Assembly (NCBI GenBank): GCA_003971905.1 | Contig: RSEE01000085.1 | Coordinates: 62,001-126,000, forward strand | DNA: 64,000 nt | Direction: 5' to 3' | From: Moniliella sp. 'wahieum' | Taxonomy: Eukaryota | In this document: piece after piece, positions 1-12,366 of the stretch | How the letters are laid out: each line of letters begins with the position of its first letter | Position numbering within the stretch: the stretch's first letter is position 1 | Notes under the pieces: model-generated | The model's input: only the letters and a program-made list of their open reading frames with translations | Told to the model about the DNA's origin: nothing | Database searches by the model: none | Position numbers and translations under genes: made by a program

Positions 1-66
1 TCCGCGGGAGGAAAGGACGCAGAGAGAGGACCCCTGTTGCGTAGACAAGGGTAGAGAGGAATGAGC

Positions 67-1653
67 TTAAGGTCGGATCATGCAGTGCCCGCTCGCAGAG
101 CCCGGAATCCGACAAGATGTCCGTAGTGTGGATGCTGAAGCGGGGTCCAAGCCTGCTTCTGTCTGACCCTCTAACGGAGCCAAGGAAGAATCGGTGGTGG
201 GACGGGTAGGACGCGTGTGGGCGTACCATCCCTCCCCTTCCTCGCTGCGCGGGACAAAGTGAGGGTGCCAAGAGCCATCAGCGGCACAAGTGGGGGAAGG
301 ATGAAGGGGGTGCTGGGCTGTTGAGGAGAGAGCGAAGTGGCCAGACCGGGGAGGCCACCAGGAAGTTTCCCCATGTTCAACCCCGGGGGCTCTTGGCCCT
401 GAGCAAATGCGATGCGATGCTGTAAGAGACGGGTTTGGGCTTGAGCTTGAGCTTGGGCATGGGCTTGAGCGAGCAGAACAGCTTGGGCGCCAGCGGCAGC
501 CTTGTCGGATTGGGACCGGCCCCAGGAGAGACGGATGCGAGTGCCTTGGATGGGGAGCCGGCCATGCGGTCAATGGCCCGTTGGGCATCTTGTTTTCGGG
601 AAAACGCGACAAAACACACCCTTTTCCGCGAGGAATTTTGACATAGGCAATCTCACCAAACGGCGCAAACAGTGTTCGCAGCACGTCCTCTCCCACAGCT
701 GGACCAGACCGCCGACAAAGACCGTGGCATTGTTGGGGTCAAGCGCACTGGCCGTGTCGGCATGGGACACCAGCCGCTCAGGAACGGGCCGCTTAGGCTC
801 CCGACCGAATAGGGTGTGCTTCAGACGAAGGTACGCCGGCAGTTGCCAGGGGGCAACTGGATTGGCCTGAAGCAGCATACTGGTATTCTCGTGCGGAGCA
901 TACTGCTTGGGTGGCGAGTGGGGGCCGTGCAGGGGCGTGAAGGGGTGATGGTGCTTCTGGTGTGGCAGGGGAAAGGCGCAAGGGCCGGGCAGCGGTGGAG
1001 CCGTCGAGGGCTGGATGTAGACGCCCTGCATTTCGATCAGGGCCCGCTGGGCATCGTGGGGGTCGTAGAAGCGGACAAGCCCAAAGCCACGCGACTGTGG
1101 GTCAACGGGTCGGTCATGATCTGGGCAGACGAGAGCAGGAGCGAGGCGGCACGCGTCAGCAGCGCTCGGCGGACGCAGGGGCCCACGAAGTAGAGAACGG
1201 GGACGGGGGGGGGGGGGGGGCGTACCTTGGCGCTCTTGGTGGGAGTGGAAGGGAGCAGGGGCAATGCGAGGCGGCTGTCGGTGGGGAGGAGGTGGTGGGA
1301 GGCGAGGGCGAGGGGGTGGCGGGGGGGCCAGGGGGGCGGGTGGAGGAACTGGGCGACGAGGTCTTCTTCGCGGAGGGTGTGAGCCAAGTCGGCGACAAAG
1401 ACACTGTACTCGTTGTCGTAGGGGAAGCGGGTCGGGGGGCGGCAGCACGGCGGCGGCGGCGGTTGCGGCCGACACGGCGGGGATGCGTCGGGTGGCAGGG
1501 GGGGCGGGCGAGATGGGCGGGCGGCAGCGGCAGCCCATGCGGATGCGGAGGGTGAGGGTGAATGCGCGGGGCGGATGAGGGCGAGGGCAAGGACAGGGGC
1601 AGGGGGGCAGGGGGGGCGGTGGGGGTGGCCTCGGTGAGGCGGAAGGTTGCCAT
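67..1653 (-). CDS. Nam8/Ngr1/Csx1-family RNA-binding (RRM) protein; frameshifted in this assembly, 3' end approximate
   Basis: Stitched peptides DNEYSVFVADLA..., TKSAK|IMTDP...SRGFGLVRFYDPHDAQRALIEMQGVY, and DPNNATVFVGGL...EDVLRTLFAPFGEIAYVKIPRGKGC.FVAFSRKQDAQRAIDRMAG match RRM2/RRM3 of Nam8/Ngr1. Intron ~1225-1121 (GTACG, GCTGAC branch, CAG). Probable ATG at 1653 (MATFRLTE). Confidence 0.85.
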
Positions 1654-3722
1654 GGCAGGGGCCAGGGGGGGTGGTGGTGGAGGGGGAGGGAGGGAGGATG
1701 GATGGGAGGATGGATGGATGAAAGGACGTGGGCGGAGTGGCTGGTATATGCTCCGTACGCTCAGATCGGACGCATGCATCCATGCGTGTGTGCGTGTGGG
1801 TCTGGTGGCCAGCGCCCCAGCACCAGGCCGCACACGCCCGTCACAGTCAGCCGCTGTCTGTTCCTGGCCTCCCCGCCACTGTGCCTGCCTCTCCATGGCC
1901 AACCCTATCCGTCCCAGGCGCAGCCCACACACTGGCGCAGCCTCTCAGTGCTGGCCCAAGCCACGCTGCTGTCAGCGCTCTCTCACATACACCACCAATT
2001 CAATTCATCATCCAGCGTCCTGATCGGTCGGACCAATCGTCCGAACGCGCCCACCACACAAACATCCTCTGGCGCTTAAAGTGAAAGGCCAAGAAGCTTG
2101 AAGCGTGAAGCGTCAAGCTTGGACCAACGTTCTGACCAGCGGGAACAAGAGCACCGCAGCACCCTTGCTTGCTGATGGCGTCAATGGGGGCACTACGTTG
2201 GACCTGGCCTCAGCGCTCGCTCAGCCGCAGCATTCTCGACCCTGCCGCATCCACACTCGGTGCCATCCATATCTTGTTCGTGGGGCAGGAGGGGCAGGTC
2301 TTTTGGCCGGCCAGGGGGGCGTAGTGAGAGCAGCGGCGCCTCTCTCGCCATCCAACCGACTCCTGTATCATACACCAAACATTACGCGTTTTTAAAGCCA
2401 AAAACCCAGCTGGGTGGAGCGTTCAACATGCTGAGGTCGTGAGAGGCTGAGAGCTGAAAGGAGCCACTCAGAGCTGATCTCAGTCAGTGAGCACTCTGTT
2501 GATATCGATGACTCGATGAGGTTTCAACGATCAAGACGTTCAACGTTCAATTGAACATCGTCTCGGTATCTCAGCACTCTCTCAGTACATCGCCAATTCC
2601 TCTGGCATGCTGTCAGAGGGCATCCCTCGAGAAGGAAACGTTGGAACGGGAAAAGGACGTGGGCACGATCCATATTATCTCTCGCATGCTGAGAGGCACA
2701 GTAACAAAGAGAGACGGTGAAGGTGTCGTGCTTCGTCATTCAACGTTGAACGTACGTTGAACGCTTTCCGCGCGTTTAGCGCACGTTTACCCGCTCACAG
2801 AGGAACAAACACCACAGTATGTCCCACATTCTCCACCTTTTGACTTCCTTCTCTGTCGCCTCGTTCCACTCCTTGTTCCTACTCTCTGCTGCTTGCACAA
2901 TCAACTCTGCCTGCTGGCTTTCATCGAGCCACAGGTTGCACCCTTACAGCTTGTTCGTCTCATCCCACACCCGTCACAGGCGCGGCCTGTGTGTTTTTTT
3001 CCTCTCGCGTCCAATTTGAGTTCGCCCCCTGCTCCCCCCCATTACCGAGTGTGTCCCTCCCCCCGGTCTATCCAATCACCTCCCCCCCCCTAAAACCGAC
3101 CAATAAGAGCCCAAAACACCCAAGCGGGCATTCATTTTGTTGCTCTCGGACCCACTCTTGAACCTTGCCCTTCTGGCTGCGCTGGCACACGTGGTGCTTC
3201 CCCCTCTTCTCCTTTTCCTTTCCCTTCCCTTCTGTCGATTTTTTCCCCTCTCTCATCGGTATCATTCCCCCATCTACACCGACGGCCTGAATCAATAAAA
3301 ATCCCCTGGAGAGGAGCACGGTGAGATCTGGCGCGCATTCGCGTAGGTGGCTTGCTACTACTGGGCTCACATCCGCCAGTCTTTTTGATGGGTCCTAGAT
3401 CCCACCAGCCCCGAGGCGGCCAAGAAAAGCATGAATAAGGGCTGAGCTGCGTCGCCGAGTACAGAATATGCCATGGCGGATCGCGAAAATGGACGAGCAG
3501 AGCAGCAGGAGCGGATGGAGCATGCACGTGACATGTGACAGTGCAAGTGACCAGTGACCGTCACTCGCCGGCAGTAACCTGCACACCGGCCCTGTGCCCT
3601 GGTGTGTGCAGGCGTTCTAAGCCGCAAGGTGAGGCTCAGCGGCGCGTCGAATAAGATGTGAGATCTGGGGCCCAATTCGCATAGGGGCCCGCTGGGGCAT
3701 GCTGGGCGCTGCTGGGGCGCTC

Positions 3723-5205
3723 ATGCGTACGCCTCTCCACCCCACCATCCTCCCCCCCCCACTCCTCCCCACCGCATCGACCGATCTACCGTGCCAACTT
3801 GTGAGTCCTGGGCGATGCAATCCGCTTCCTACCGCCGCCCCGCTCCCCACACCACCACCACCACCATCCACCGCCTCCATCTGCCTATGCCACCGCCCCG
3901 ACCGCGCGACCCCTGCCCGACGGCAGCGATGGCAATGCCTCCCTCGGTGCGCCCGGCCGGCCGTACCGCTCACACTCGACCGGCCGTACCCTACCCGTCC
4001 GCCCCCTCCCGCGCCTGCCATTGACCTGACGCTCCCCTAGCGGGGGAGAGTGTGCGGTGGGCGCGCGGCCGGTGCGGGGGTACGAGTCGGTGCCGGAGGA
4101 TCGCAGGGGACTGGCGCGCAGCTGGTCGCAGCGTGCAGCCAGGCCCTTGGTCGCTGGTCACCAACTTGTCCGCCGTGCTACTGGGGGGGCAGCAAGCGTG
4201 GGGCCTGGCGCTGCGTCGTACGCCGTCGCATGAAGCGCGTTGGCAGGCGATTTCAGGTGGGATGCCGTGTTTGGCGCCGGGCTATGCCGCCCACCCGCTT
4301 CCAGCGGCGATTGAGGTACTTGCCCCGGGGGCTGGACGTCCGAGATGGTAGCGGTGGACCGAGCGACGAACGAGGCGGTGTTTGTGTGGCAACAAGCGAG
4401 GGGCCTGTGGGAAAGGCGGTACGAGGTGGTGGATGTACGGACAGGAAGGGAGGTGGCGCAAGTGCAGCATGAGTTGGCGTCCTCGACGTTCGCGTGTTGG
4501 ATGCGCATGGGGACGATCGGCTGTGTCTGCACAAACCGTGGCCGTGGGAGGGGTGGCAAGTTAGCTACCCTACACCCAGGCGAAGCCAGTTTGCCCATCA
4601 GCTACGACCCTCAGCTGCGCACCTACCACCTCGCCCACCCGCGCGGCTCGATGGCCAAGATTCGGATCCAAACGATCGGAACCAAGATGGTGCCATCTAT
4701 TTGGTACGTAGATCCCCCCCTGTCCTTCCCTCGCATCCGCTGGGCGCGCCGGGCCCACCCTAACGGCGCACAGCACGTGGACGAACGCGAACCTCATTCC
4801 CACCCTACCCTGCTCCTACCCTAATATAACCATCTGTGCCCCCTCTGTCGGCAGTTGAGCCCAACGTGGATATCCTGCTTGCTGCCCTGATCACATTTAT
4901 CTGTGCCAAGAAGGAACGGGCTTTGGACGCCGGGGCAGTCGCCCGGGGGGTTCCTGCGCGGCAAACCTTTGAATGCGCCCTATGGTGACCCAGAAGAGAA
5001 ACTATATTACCCGCTGCTGGCGGTGGGGCGCCATCGTGCACGGCTGATGGTTGATCGTGCCTGGTTTGGAGAGGCGCCTGATTGGCGTCGTGGGGGGTTG
5101 GATCCGCTGCGGGTGAATTGTGGTGGCCCTATGGTGACCTACGTGGAAGAAGCGCTGGCCCCACGCAATGCGTCGGGGGGCCAGATGCGTTTGGGTGTGT
5201 GCTAG
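3723..5205 (+). CDS. LURP-one/Tubby C-terminal-like (scramblase-fold) protein with Pro-rich N-terminus; ends approximate
   Basis: Repeated beta-strand-like segments (VAVDRATNEAVFVWQQ, YEVVDVRTGREVAQVQHE) and, after an intron ~4704-4853 (GTACGT...CTAAT...CAG), a C-terminal EPNVDILLAALITFI segment resembling the V.PGVD.AL hydrophobic helix of LURP-one proteins. Confidence 0.5.
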
Positions 5206-6170
5206 CGATGTGTCTGTTGAACGTTGACGGGTGTGGATGTGTTTGTATGTTATGGATGGTGTGGCTCATGAGCAGCAAAGCGGCGGAAAGGGGGCAAGGG
5301 GATGGGGTGGCAATGGGGTAGAATGATTGTGCAAGGCGAGAGGGGTGACGCAGGTGACGTCAGTGTTGGTAGCCCGTGGCCGATGGGTGGCGGGTGGCGG
5401 GTGAGTGGTGAGTGTGTTGCTTGATGGATGTGTGATGCGGTGATGCAAGGCGGGGGAGGGGCAGGCGCAGGGCAGTGCTGTGGCTGAGTACGCTGCTGGT
5501 GCCGGTGATCGATCCGGGTGATCGGTGATCAATGATTAATGATTAATGATGCAGATGCGTGATGATGCATGATGGGTGAATGATTGGTGTCGATGGATGG
5601 TCGAGCGATGATCGATGGATGATCTGCGGTCGGATGTTCGGCGTCGGGTGGCCAAGGGGGGCACTGGCGCTGTGTCCGCCTGGTGCGCCCTGCCTCGGCT
5701 CGCCTGCTCGCACTGGCAGGCACCAGCTGGGCGCTGGCACTGCCCTGGCACTCGGCCCTCGTACTCGCGTACTCGCGTTGCATTCCACCCGCGTTCGCTC
5801 GGCACTGACTCAGTGCGCGGTATCAGTGCTCGGTGCGTGAGGTACGAGTACTCGGTGAATACAGCATCCCACTGTTGCGCTCAGCGCTTCAGGCTTCAGC
5901 CTCTGCTGTTCGCTTCCTTGTTTGGTGAGGGCGATCGGGCTCCGTCGCACAGCCTGTGGCTAGTTGTTGCCAGTTGCGGTGCGCTTTTGTCTGCTCCTCT
6001 TGGCCTTCCCACACACCCACGTCCGCCTTTGTTTTCTCTGGTACGCACCGTCCACTCCTTGCTCTCCCTCCCTCCCTCCCTCCCTCCTCGTGCTCGCGCC
6101 TCTTCCATCCGCAGGCCGCTGACCCAGCGACTGTGCTTCCCCATCCCCCCCCCCCCGAACAGCGCCACCG

Positions 6171-6362
6171 ATGGGCAACGAAGCACCGCCGCCCGCCTAC
6201 CCGCCGCAGGGCTACGGCGAACCAGGTGGCGCCCCTGCGCCAGTCCACCTGCCCAAGCAGCGACACCATCCCAACTGCCGCGAATGCTGCCACTGCTTTG
6301 TCCAGTGGCTCGTCTGCTCGGCCATCTGGGATTTGATCTGCAACATTCCCAACATGTGCTAA
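6171..6362 (+). CDS. Small CYSTM-type protein (Pro/Gly/Tyr-rich N-terminus, Cys-rich C-terminal membrane segment), 63 aa
   Basis: Intact ORF MGNEAPPPAYPPQGYGEPGGAPAPVHLPKQRHHPNCRECCHCFVQWLVCSAIWDLICNIPNMC preceded by a pyrimidine-rich leader. Confidence 0.7.
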   Translation: MGNEAPPPAYPPQGYGEPGGAPAPVHLPKQRHHPNCRECCHCFVQWLVCSAIWDLICNIPNMC

Positions 6363-7259
6363 GCGCTAAGCCTTAGCGCTAAGCGCAGCGAATCGACGGA
6401 GCCACTGTGATCGCTCATCGCTAATCATTACTCAACGTTGAGTTCAACGGAACGAGGAAAGATGAATGGTTAATGAAACCGCGTGGGGGAAACCCAATGG
6501 TCGTGGGGTAGGGCATGGGAAAGGGTCGGTGAAGGGGGGTTGGTCCATGCAGCGCTCGAGGTGGTGGTGGGTGGTGCCCAGAAAATGCGATGCACCCGTC
6601 TCGCATCGGGGTACTGTAGAGTCTCTTCTTCTACGTTGGAGGTTGCTCTATAAAGCCAGCCAATTGGATTGGCGGGGTACGTGCGACCCTTTTTCGTCGC
6701 GGCCAGAACAAGGGCCAGAAACACATGCGACACGAGCTATACCGATCATTAAGCGGCCCGCTGTGCATGAAAACGAGGTGCGGTCGCTTTGCCCCTTGGC
6801 CCAGCTCCCTGAGCCCCGACATCTTTGTCGAGTAGGGTGTTCGGGACAGCGACGGGGAAGACCTGAGCATCGGTTAGTTGTCCCTGGTCGCTCTCCCTGA
6901 GGCCTGATGAGACAAAGGGTCGCGCGGAGGAAGAAAACGTACAGGGACGAGCGCACGGGGGGAAAATAACGTTTATATAGGCGCGACAGTTCGCGTCGAG
7001 TCACCCCGGCTTGTACCCCGTCTGCTGGAAAGCGTGAAGGACGATAGCCCGATTGCCACGCGACGGCGGATGGTGGGGGGGGAGGACAGCCCGGATGCGA
7101 TGCGCGCCGCAGAGCCGTGCCCACAGCTTGGTGACCTAACGGGCAGAGAAAAAGAGCACGAGGGGGAACCGTCTTGTCCAACTGGTCCATCGGGGGGGGC
7201 AAAGAGCAGTTGTGTGTTTTTGTGATGTGGCGCGTATAGACCGGGCCTAACGGACCTGA

Positions 7260-8250
7260 CACCTCTGACTTCCACGCCCGGGAGTTGATGCACTACCTGG
7301 TCTCTGGTTTGTGCCCCCACAACACCTCTACTGGGGTCCGGGAGCATGGAGATGGGATCGGGAACGACAACATGAGGCGAGACTGGCCCAATTGGCTGGC
7401 CAAGGTGGCAGGAATGGATGAGCATTACTTGCTCAATCGTAAGCTTGGTCCCCACTTCTTGGTCATCGCCACCGTGATTGACGTACTTTCACTCTCCTTC
7501 TCTTACTACTATAGTCTCCAAAGCGACCACAAAACTGATTTACTACAGTATTTTGCTACCCCTCTTATCTCCACCCTTCTCCCCCCCCCCCGTCCAGCTT
7601 GTGGTGGAGCCTTCCCCCCCTCTCTCCGTGGGAAACTGTCGCAGAGTCCAACCCCCTTCGGTCTCGTTTTACGTCGGTACCCTCGCGCCCTCAGTATGCC
7701 TATATCGCGTATCGGATGAACAAGTGACCTCTCTGTGTGATTGGGCCTCTGGCCTACTTCATATTCCTGCAGATAGACTCTCTTTTGAGTAAAGACACTT
7801 TTGGCCTCTACTACGCGCCCGCGAACACTTTATTGGCGAGTGCCCCCACACTCCATTTAAGACGCCCTTTCTTCCGCATCTGCCGGGTATACGGGCTTTT
7901 TGGAGCCACCATTCATATGTCGGTTGGCCTCGGCAGTGCCCCTGCTACTTTGCAAGCCATGGTCAGCAACCTCATCCGGGACCTCCCCAACGTCTCGGTG
8001 TGGCAGGCATACCTTGACGAGCATGTTGCTCATCGTTTCCGACCAACGAGAGAGGGAGCCCAAGTGTCATGTTAAATTGCCGAGAGGGAGGTGCTGCGGT
8101 GGTGCCTGTTCCATATCTCAACCCCGGCCAGCGTCAGTTTCACCACACCTCCCACATCGAGTACCTGGGCCGCGTCCGATCTCCCAACGAGATCGGGATG
8201 GACCTGGCTATGGCTCGAGCCTCGCGATTAGGCCGCGGTCAACGCGCAAT
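7260..8250 (+). mobile_element. Degenerate Ty3/gypsy LTR-retrotransposon relic (reverse transcriptase fragments, possibly gag upstream)
   Basis: MSVGLGSAPATLQAMVSNLIRDLPNVSVWQAYLDE resembles gypsy RT MPFGL.NAPATFQ..MN....DL....V.YLDD. Downstream HIEYLGRVRSPNEIGMD resembles RT '.EYLG..IS..GI..D'. Stops and frameshifts throughout; no LTR pair found. Confidence 0.75.
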
Positions 8251-8910
8251 GCGCAAATCCTCTCGTCAAGCCCAGGCCTTGTTCTTCTCAGTGTGTTGTC
8301 TTTGTTTTTCTCCGCCTCTCGGTTGGTTTTGCCAGTAGGACAGATGTCGTGGACGGCCAGTGGCGGGGCCCAGTAACCATCCGACGTAGCGGCGGGAGAG
8401 GCGTGGTCAACTAGCTTGACGTTTGAGGGGGCAATGCAAGCAGGCATTGCTGTCAGCGTGCACGTGCCACCTCGTGGCCCCCGTCTGGGCAACACAGGAA
8501 CTGCGATGATGCACAGGATGGACACTGCACAAGGCCGACGCACTGATGATGCCGATGATGTCATGGCCGACCATCGATGCCAGACTCAGTCGAGCGCGGC
8601 TTCTTGCCCCCCGGCCTTGCTGGCGGGCGCACAGCATCAGGCAGGCCATTCAATATTCATCCCTGTTGGGCCTTGGGGGTTTAGATCCTACCGGCTGCCC
8701 AATCTCCTGGGGACATTCTTAGGCCAGACAGGCTCGACCAGGGGTCTTCGTCAGCGGTGCTCACCCATTCCAGCGCGTGCTCATCATGCATCCCAGTGGG
8801 TGACACCCGCCCGCCGTCCCGCGCAGCCCATTTTTGCTTCCACCTGCGCCTGCGCCCACCTTTTGCTCCGCCCTGCCACCACCACCACCACCGCTGCCGC
8901 CCTGCCTGCC

Positions 8911-11069
8911 ATGCTGCCTGCGCCCCTCTCCGAGGCGCTCGCCCCCGCGCTCGCCCTCTGGAGTGCTGGCACCGGCACGCTCGACGGCGCGTACCAAGCG
9001 CTCGCCGACCAGCTCGGCGCCCCCGTCGACTATGTCAAGCTCTTCTCCTCCTCCTCCTTGCCTTCCCGCTCGTCATGCCCTTGCCCTACCTGCCTCCGCG
9101 TGCCAAGCACCTGACCAACATCGTCGTCTCCTGGATCTTCATGGGCCCCGTGCTGCACCTGTACGGCGGGTACGCGCAGCTGCTTGTCTCGGCCTGCCTC
9201 ACCTACGCCGTCGTCTCGGTCGGCTTGGGTGGGGCGCGGATGCCGTGGATTGTCATGTTTGCCCAGATGGCCCATCTGCTGGTCAACCACCTCATCCGCC
9301 AATTCGGAAACATCCCCTCACCGAAGTGGAGATCACCTCGATGCAGAGATGGTGCTGGTGATGAATCTGACCACGTTTGCGTGGGACTGCTACGATGGCC
9401 AGCACCGGCCCCTAGCCGAGCTGGACGCATGGCAGCGCAAGTCGCGCATCACGACCATGCCCTCGCTCATGGAGTTTTTGGGGTACGCGTTTTACTTTCC
9501 TGGCGTGCTCATTGGTCCTGCCACGCGCTTTGTCGACTACCAAGCTTGGGCCGAAGGCCGCTTCTATACCACGCCTCCCACCGAACCTGTGCCACATCGT
9601 GGGGCCCAAAGACGCTGCGAAGCGCGCGTTGTCCCAAGAGCCTCTGTCGCTACAGAAGTCCATTCCGCCAGGCCGGTGGACCAAGGCGGCGCGGCAAGTG
9701 GTGCTAGGGCTGGCTTGTACGGGACTGTTCATGACAATGGGCAGCAAGTACAGCTACATGCGCTTGACCCAGCCGGCCGCCCAGGGCGGCGTGGCTGATA
9801 TATCATTTGGGAAGCGCATGTTGTTCATTCAGCTGGCTGGCTTGGCGGCCCGGACCAAGTACTATGGCGTTTGGTCTCTCACCGACGGGGCTTGCGTGGT
9901 GAGCGGGTTGGGGTTCAATGGGTACGCCCCGGCCTCGCCTAGTAAGCGGACGGGAGAGAGGGACCATTGGGTAGCCCAATGGAATCGGTGTTTGAACGTG
10001 GACATTCTGCACATTGAATTGGCCAACAATTGGAAGGAAGTGCTGGACCATTGGAACATCAACACCAACATCTGGCTTCGCAACAATGTCTACAAGCGTC
10101 TCGTCCCGCCCGGGGCCAAGCCAGGCTTTGCCGCGAGCATGCTCACCTTCCTCACTTCGGCCTTTTGGCATGGTGTGTCGCCCGGGTATTACCTTGCGTT
10201 CGTCTTGGCTGGCCTTTTCTCTGCGCTGGCCAAGAACATCCGTCGCCACCTCCGTCCGCTGTTCTTTGAAGACCCACACACGCCCAACCCGTCACTGCGC
10301 GTGCGCGTGCGCGCCGTACCCAAGCCAAGGTGCTGCGTAAAAGCTGCTGCACTTGTCAGAAGAAGTGGGGGACGAAGGGGACGAGCAGACAGTGAAGGAG
10401 ATGGACGATGTACTGCTGCGAGCCGGCTCAAGTTCTCTCTCACCCCGTATCGGGAGCGACGACACCGAACCCCAACATGTCTGTACCCTTTCCGCTACCG
10501 CACGGCCCGGACGCCGTGCCGTCACTGGCAAAGTTGCTGTCGAACCCCGACCTATTCAGCTCGTTGGGACCACGGTACACGAAAGGGCAACTGCTCTATT
10601 CGGCGCTCAGTGTGGTTGCGACGCAAACCACGCTCAACTTTACCGTTGCGCCCTTCCTTGTCCTGGACTGGCACAGCTCGACCCAAGCGTACGCCGCGGC
10701 ACGCTGGTACGGGCTCTGGGTTGCCGCCGCTGGGCTGGTGGCGTTCCAGCTGGGCCTGGCCGTGTACTGGACCGCTGGACGAGCAAACGGGGCCCGCCTC
10801 GCTGCCTCCCGCCCACCCGCTCTCTCTCGCCTGCGCCCTCGGCATCCGACTCGGACGTCCATGCGCGCGCGTCGGGCGTCGAGGCGTCCCAGAGCCAGAC
10901 CAACGCTGTGCAGCGCTCAACCAACCCGCTGCCCGACCTGGCTGGGCTGGCGAACGACAGCGTGCAGGACAAGGTGGCAGAGGCCAAGCAGCACTGCAGG
11001 ACGCACTGGCCTCGCCGACAAAGTCAAAGTGAAGCGACCGACGCAGCGGGGACGGTGATTGAATATTGA
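8911..11069 (+). CDS. ALE1: MBOAT-family lysophospholipid acyltransferase (Ale1/Slc4/LPCAT-like); frameshifted, end approximate
   Basis: MVLVMNLTTFAWDCYDG, PSLMEFLGYAFYFPGVLIGP, KYYGVWSLTDGAC, WNINTNIWLRNNVYKRL, and the catalytic-His motif TFLTSAFWHGVSPGYYLAF. ATG at 8911. Confidence 0.9.
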
Positions 11070-11994
11070 TATTGATTGTTGTTGGGTCTGGAGGCAGGGA
11101 CACTACATGATGTGCATCGTGGTATGGGGTTTAGACCAGAGCGGCTGCATGGACTGGGGACCTGTACTGGTAGATGGGCTGGACGGTGGGGAAGGAAGGA
11201 GACGCAGCTGCGATGGATGCACCCGGTTGGGCTGGTGCCCAAAGTCTTGGACAGTTGGCGTGCGCGCGCGAGAGAAGGTAGAGAACGACCCAAAACAGAA
11301 GCCACGGCCGCTGCGCCACAGTGAAATGTTGGCGTGGGTGTGGCTTGTTCGCCGCATGTGGAGCAAGGGACCGCCGGGCGTTGCCGAATCAATAACGGGC
11401 AGCCATTGGCAATGGTGTGTGAAACGATCGAGAGCCGAAGGGGGGCAGCCTACCAGTATCCAATCGGCAATCCATCCACCAGAAAAGAGAACCATCTGCG
11501 GGCGATCACCTGCATCAAAACCCCCGTCATCGCATCGCGGCACCGCCATCGCCACGGTGACTTGCGACACTACTAGGCGATCAGGTCCTCTCGGATCGCT
11601 GGTTCCTGCTTCGTGGGCGCTTGTTTCATGCAGCAGCCTCTCTCCTCTGCCGTCTCTCAATTCTCGACCCTTTTGTTTGTTCTGATGGTAATGCTTCCGG
11701 GGTCTTTTTGGGCGCCACTAATAAAAATGCCGCTATAGTCTTTTGGGGCTGGGGCAATCGACGTCATATCATCGATCCATCATCGATTTTTCGTTTAGCT
11801 GTGCCTTGAATCTCAGCCTCCTTTTTTAGCACAGCACTGAAGTACTGAAGAAAGTAATTAGTAAAGACCGTACGTTCTATAGGGTCAAAATCAGAGGGCA
11901 CAAAGAATATACAAAACAGAGGCCAATAATGCATAGTAATGCTGCACGATGACTCACCTGTGTGTGAGTCTCTCTTTGGTTGCACTGCCGTGTG

Positions 11995-12366
11995 GCCACG
12001 AAGACCATTACGTTCAGCTCAACGTGAATTCATCAGTGTTGGGACCCGTGGTCCCGTACTTAGGCCAAGGTGCCTCACCACCCTTCACCCCTGATTTGTC
12101 CTCCCAAGCCTCCACGTGTATACTCAGGCTTGTTTGAACCCCTGTCTCTAGGTGTGGCACAAGGCTTAGACCTGAACCACCACCATCGCGATTGCATTGC
12201 TCTACATCTCCAGAGGTTCTTCACCCAATCCCTTGGGTTCCTCCGGTCTTACAATCAGTACGTTCAATGTGACCATTTGGAGCTCCTCTTGAAAGCTGAA
12301 GTTGGCTTGAAGAGCTTGAAGCTTGGTGCTCTTAGGTTTGCAGATGATATGGTGGGTACACTGTAG
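11995..12366 (+). mobile_element. Probable degenerate non-LTR (LINE-like) reverse transcriptase fragment
   Basis: VQLNVNSSVLGPVVPYLGQG.SP, SLGVAQG and LRFADDMV resemble LINE RT GV.QG and (F/Y)ADD motifs. Lies in a lower-GC, gene-free block (~11700-13000). Confidence 0.45.

Noticed and set aside
816..2084. Long + strand Gly/Arg-rich ORFs here, and similar antisense ORFs at 17200-18900 and 37240-38220
   Set aside because: They are shadows of GC-rich genes on the opposite strand and have no independent motifs.
8911..11069. Programmed ribosomal frameshifting explaining broken ORFs
   Set aside because: Frame changes are numerous, lack slippery heptamer plus structure signals and affect many unrelated genes. 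Sequencing error is the simpler explanation.
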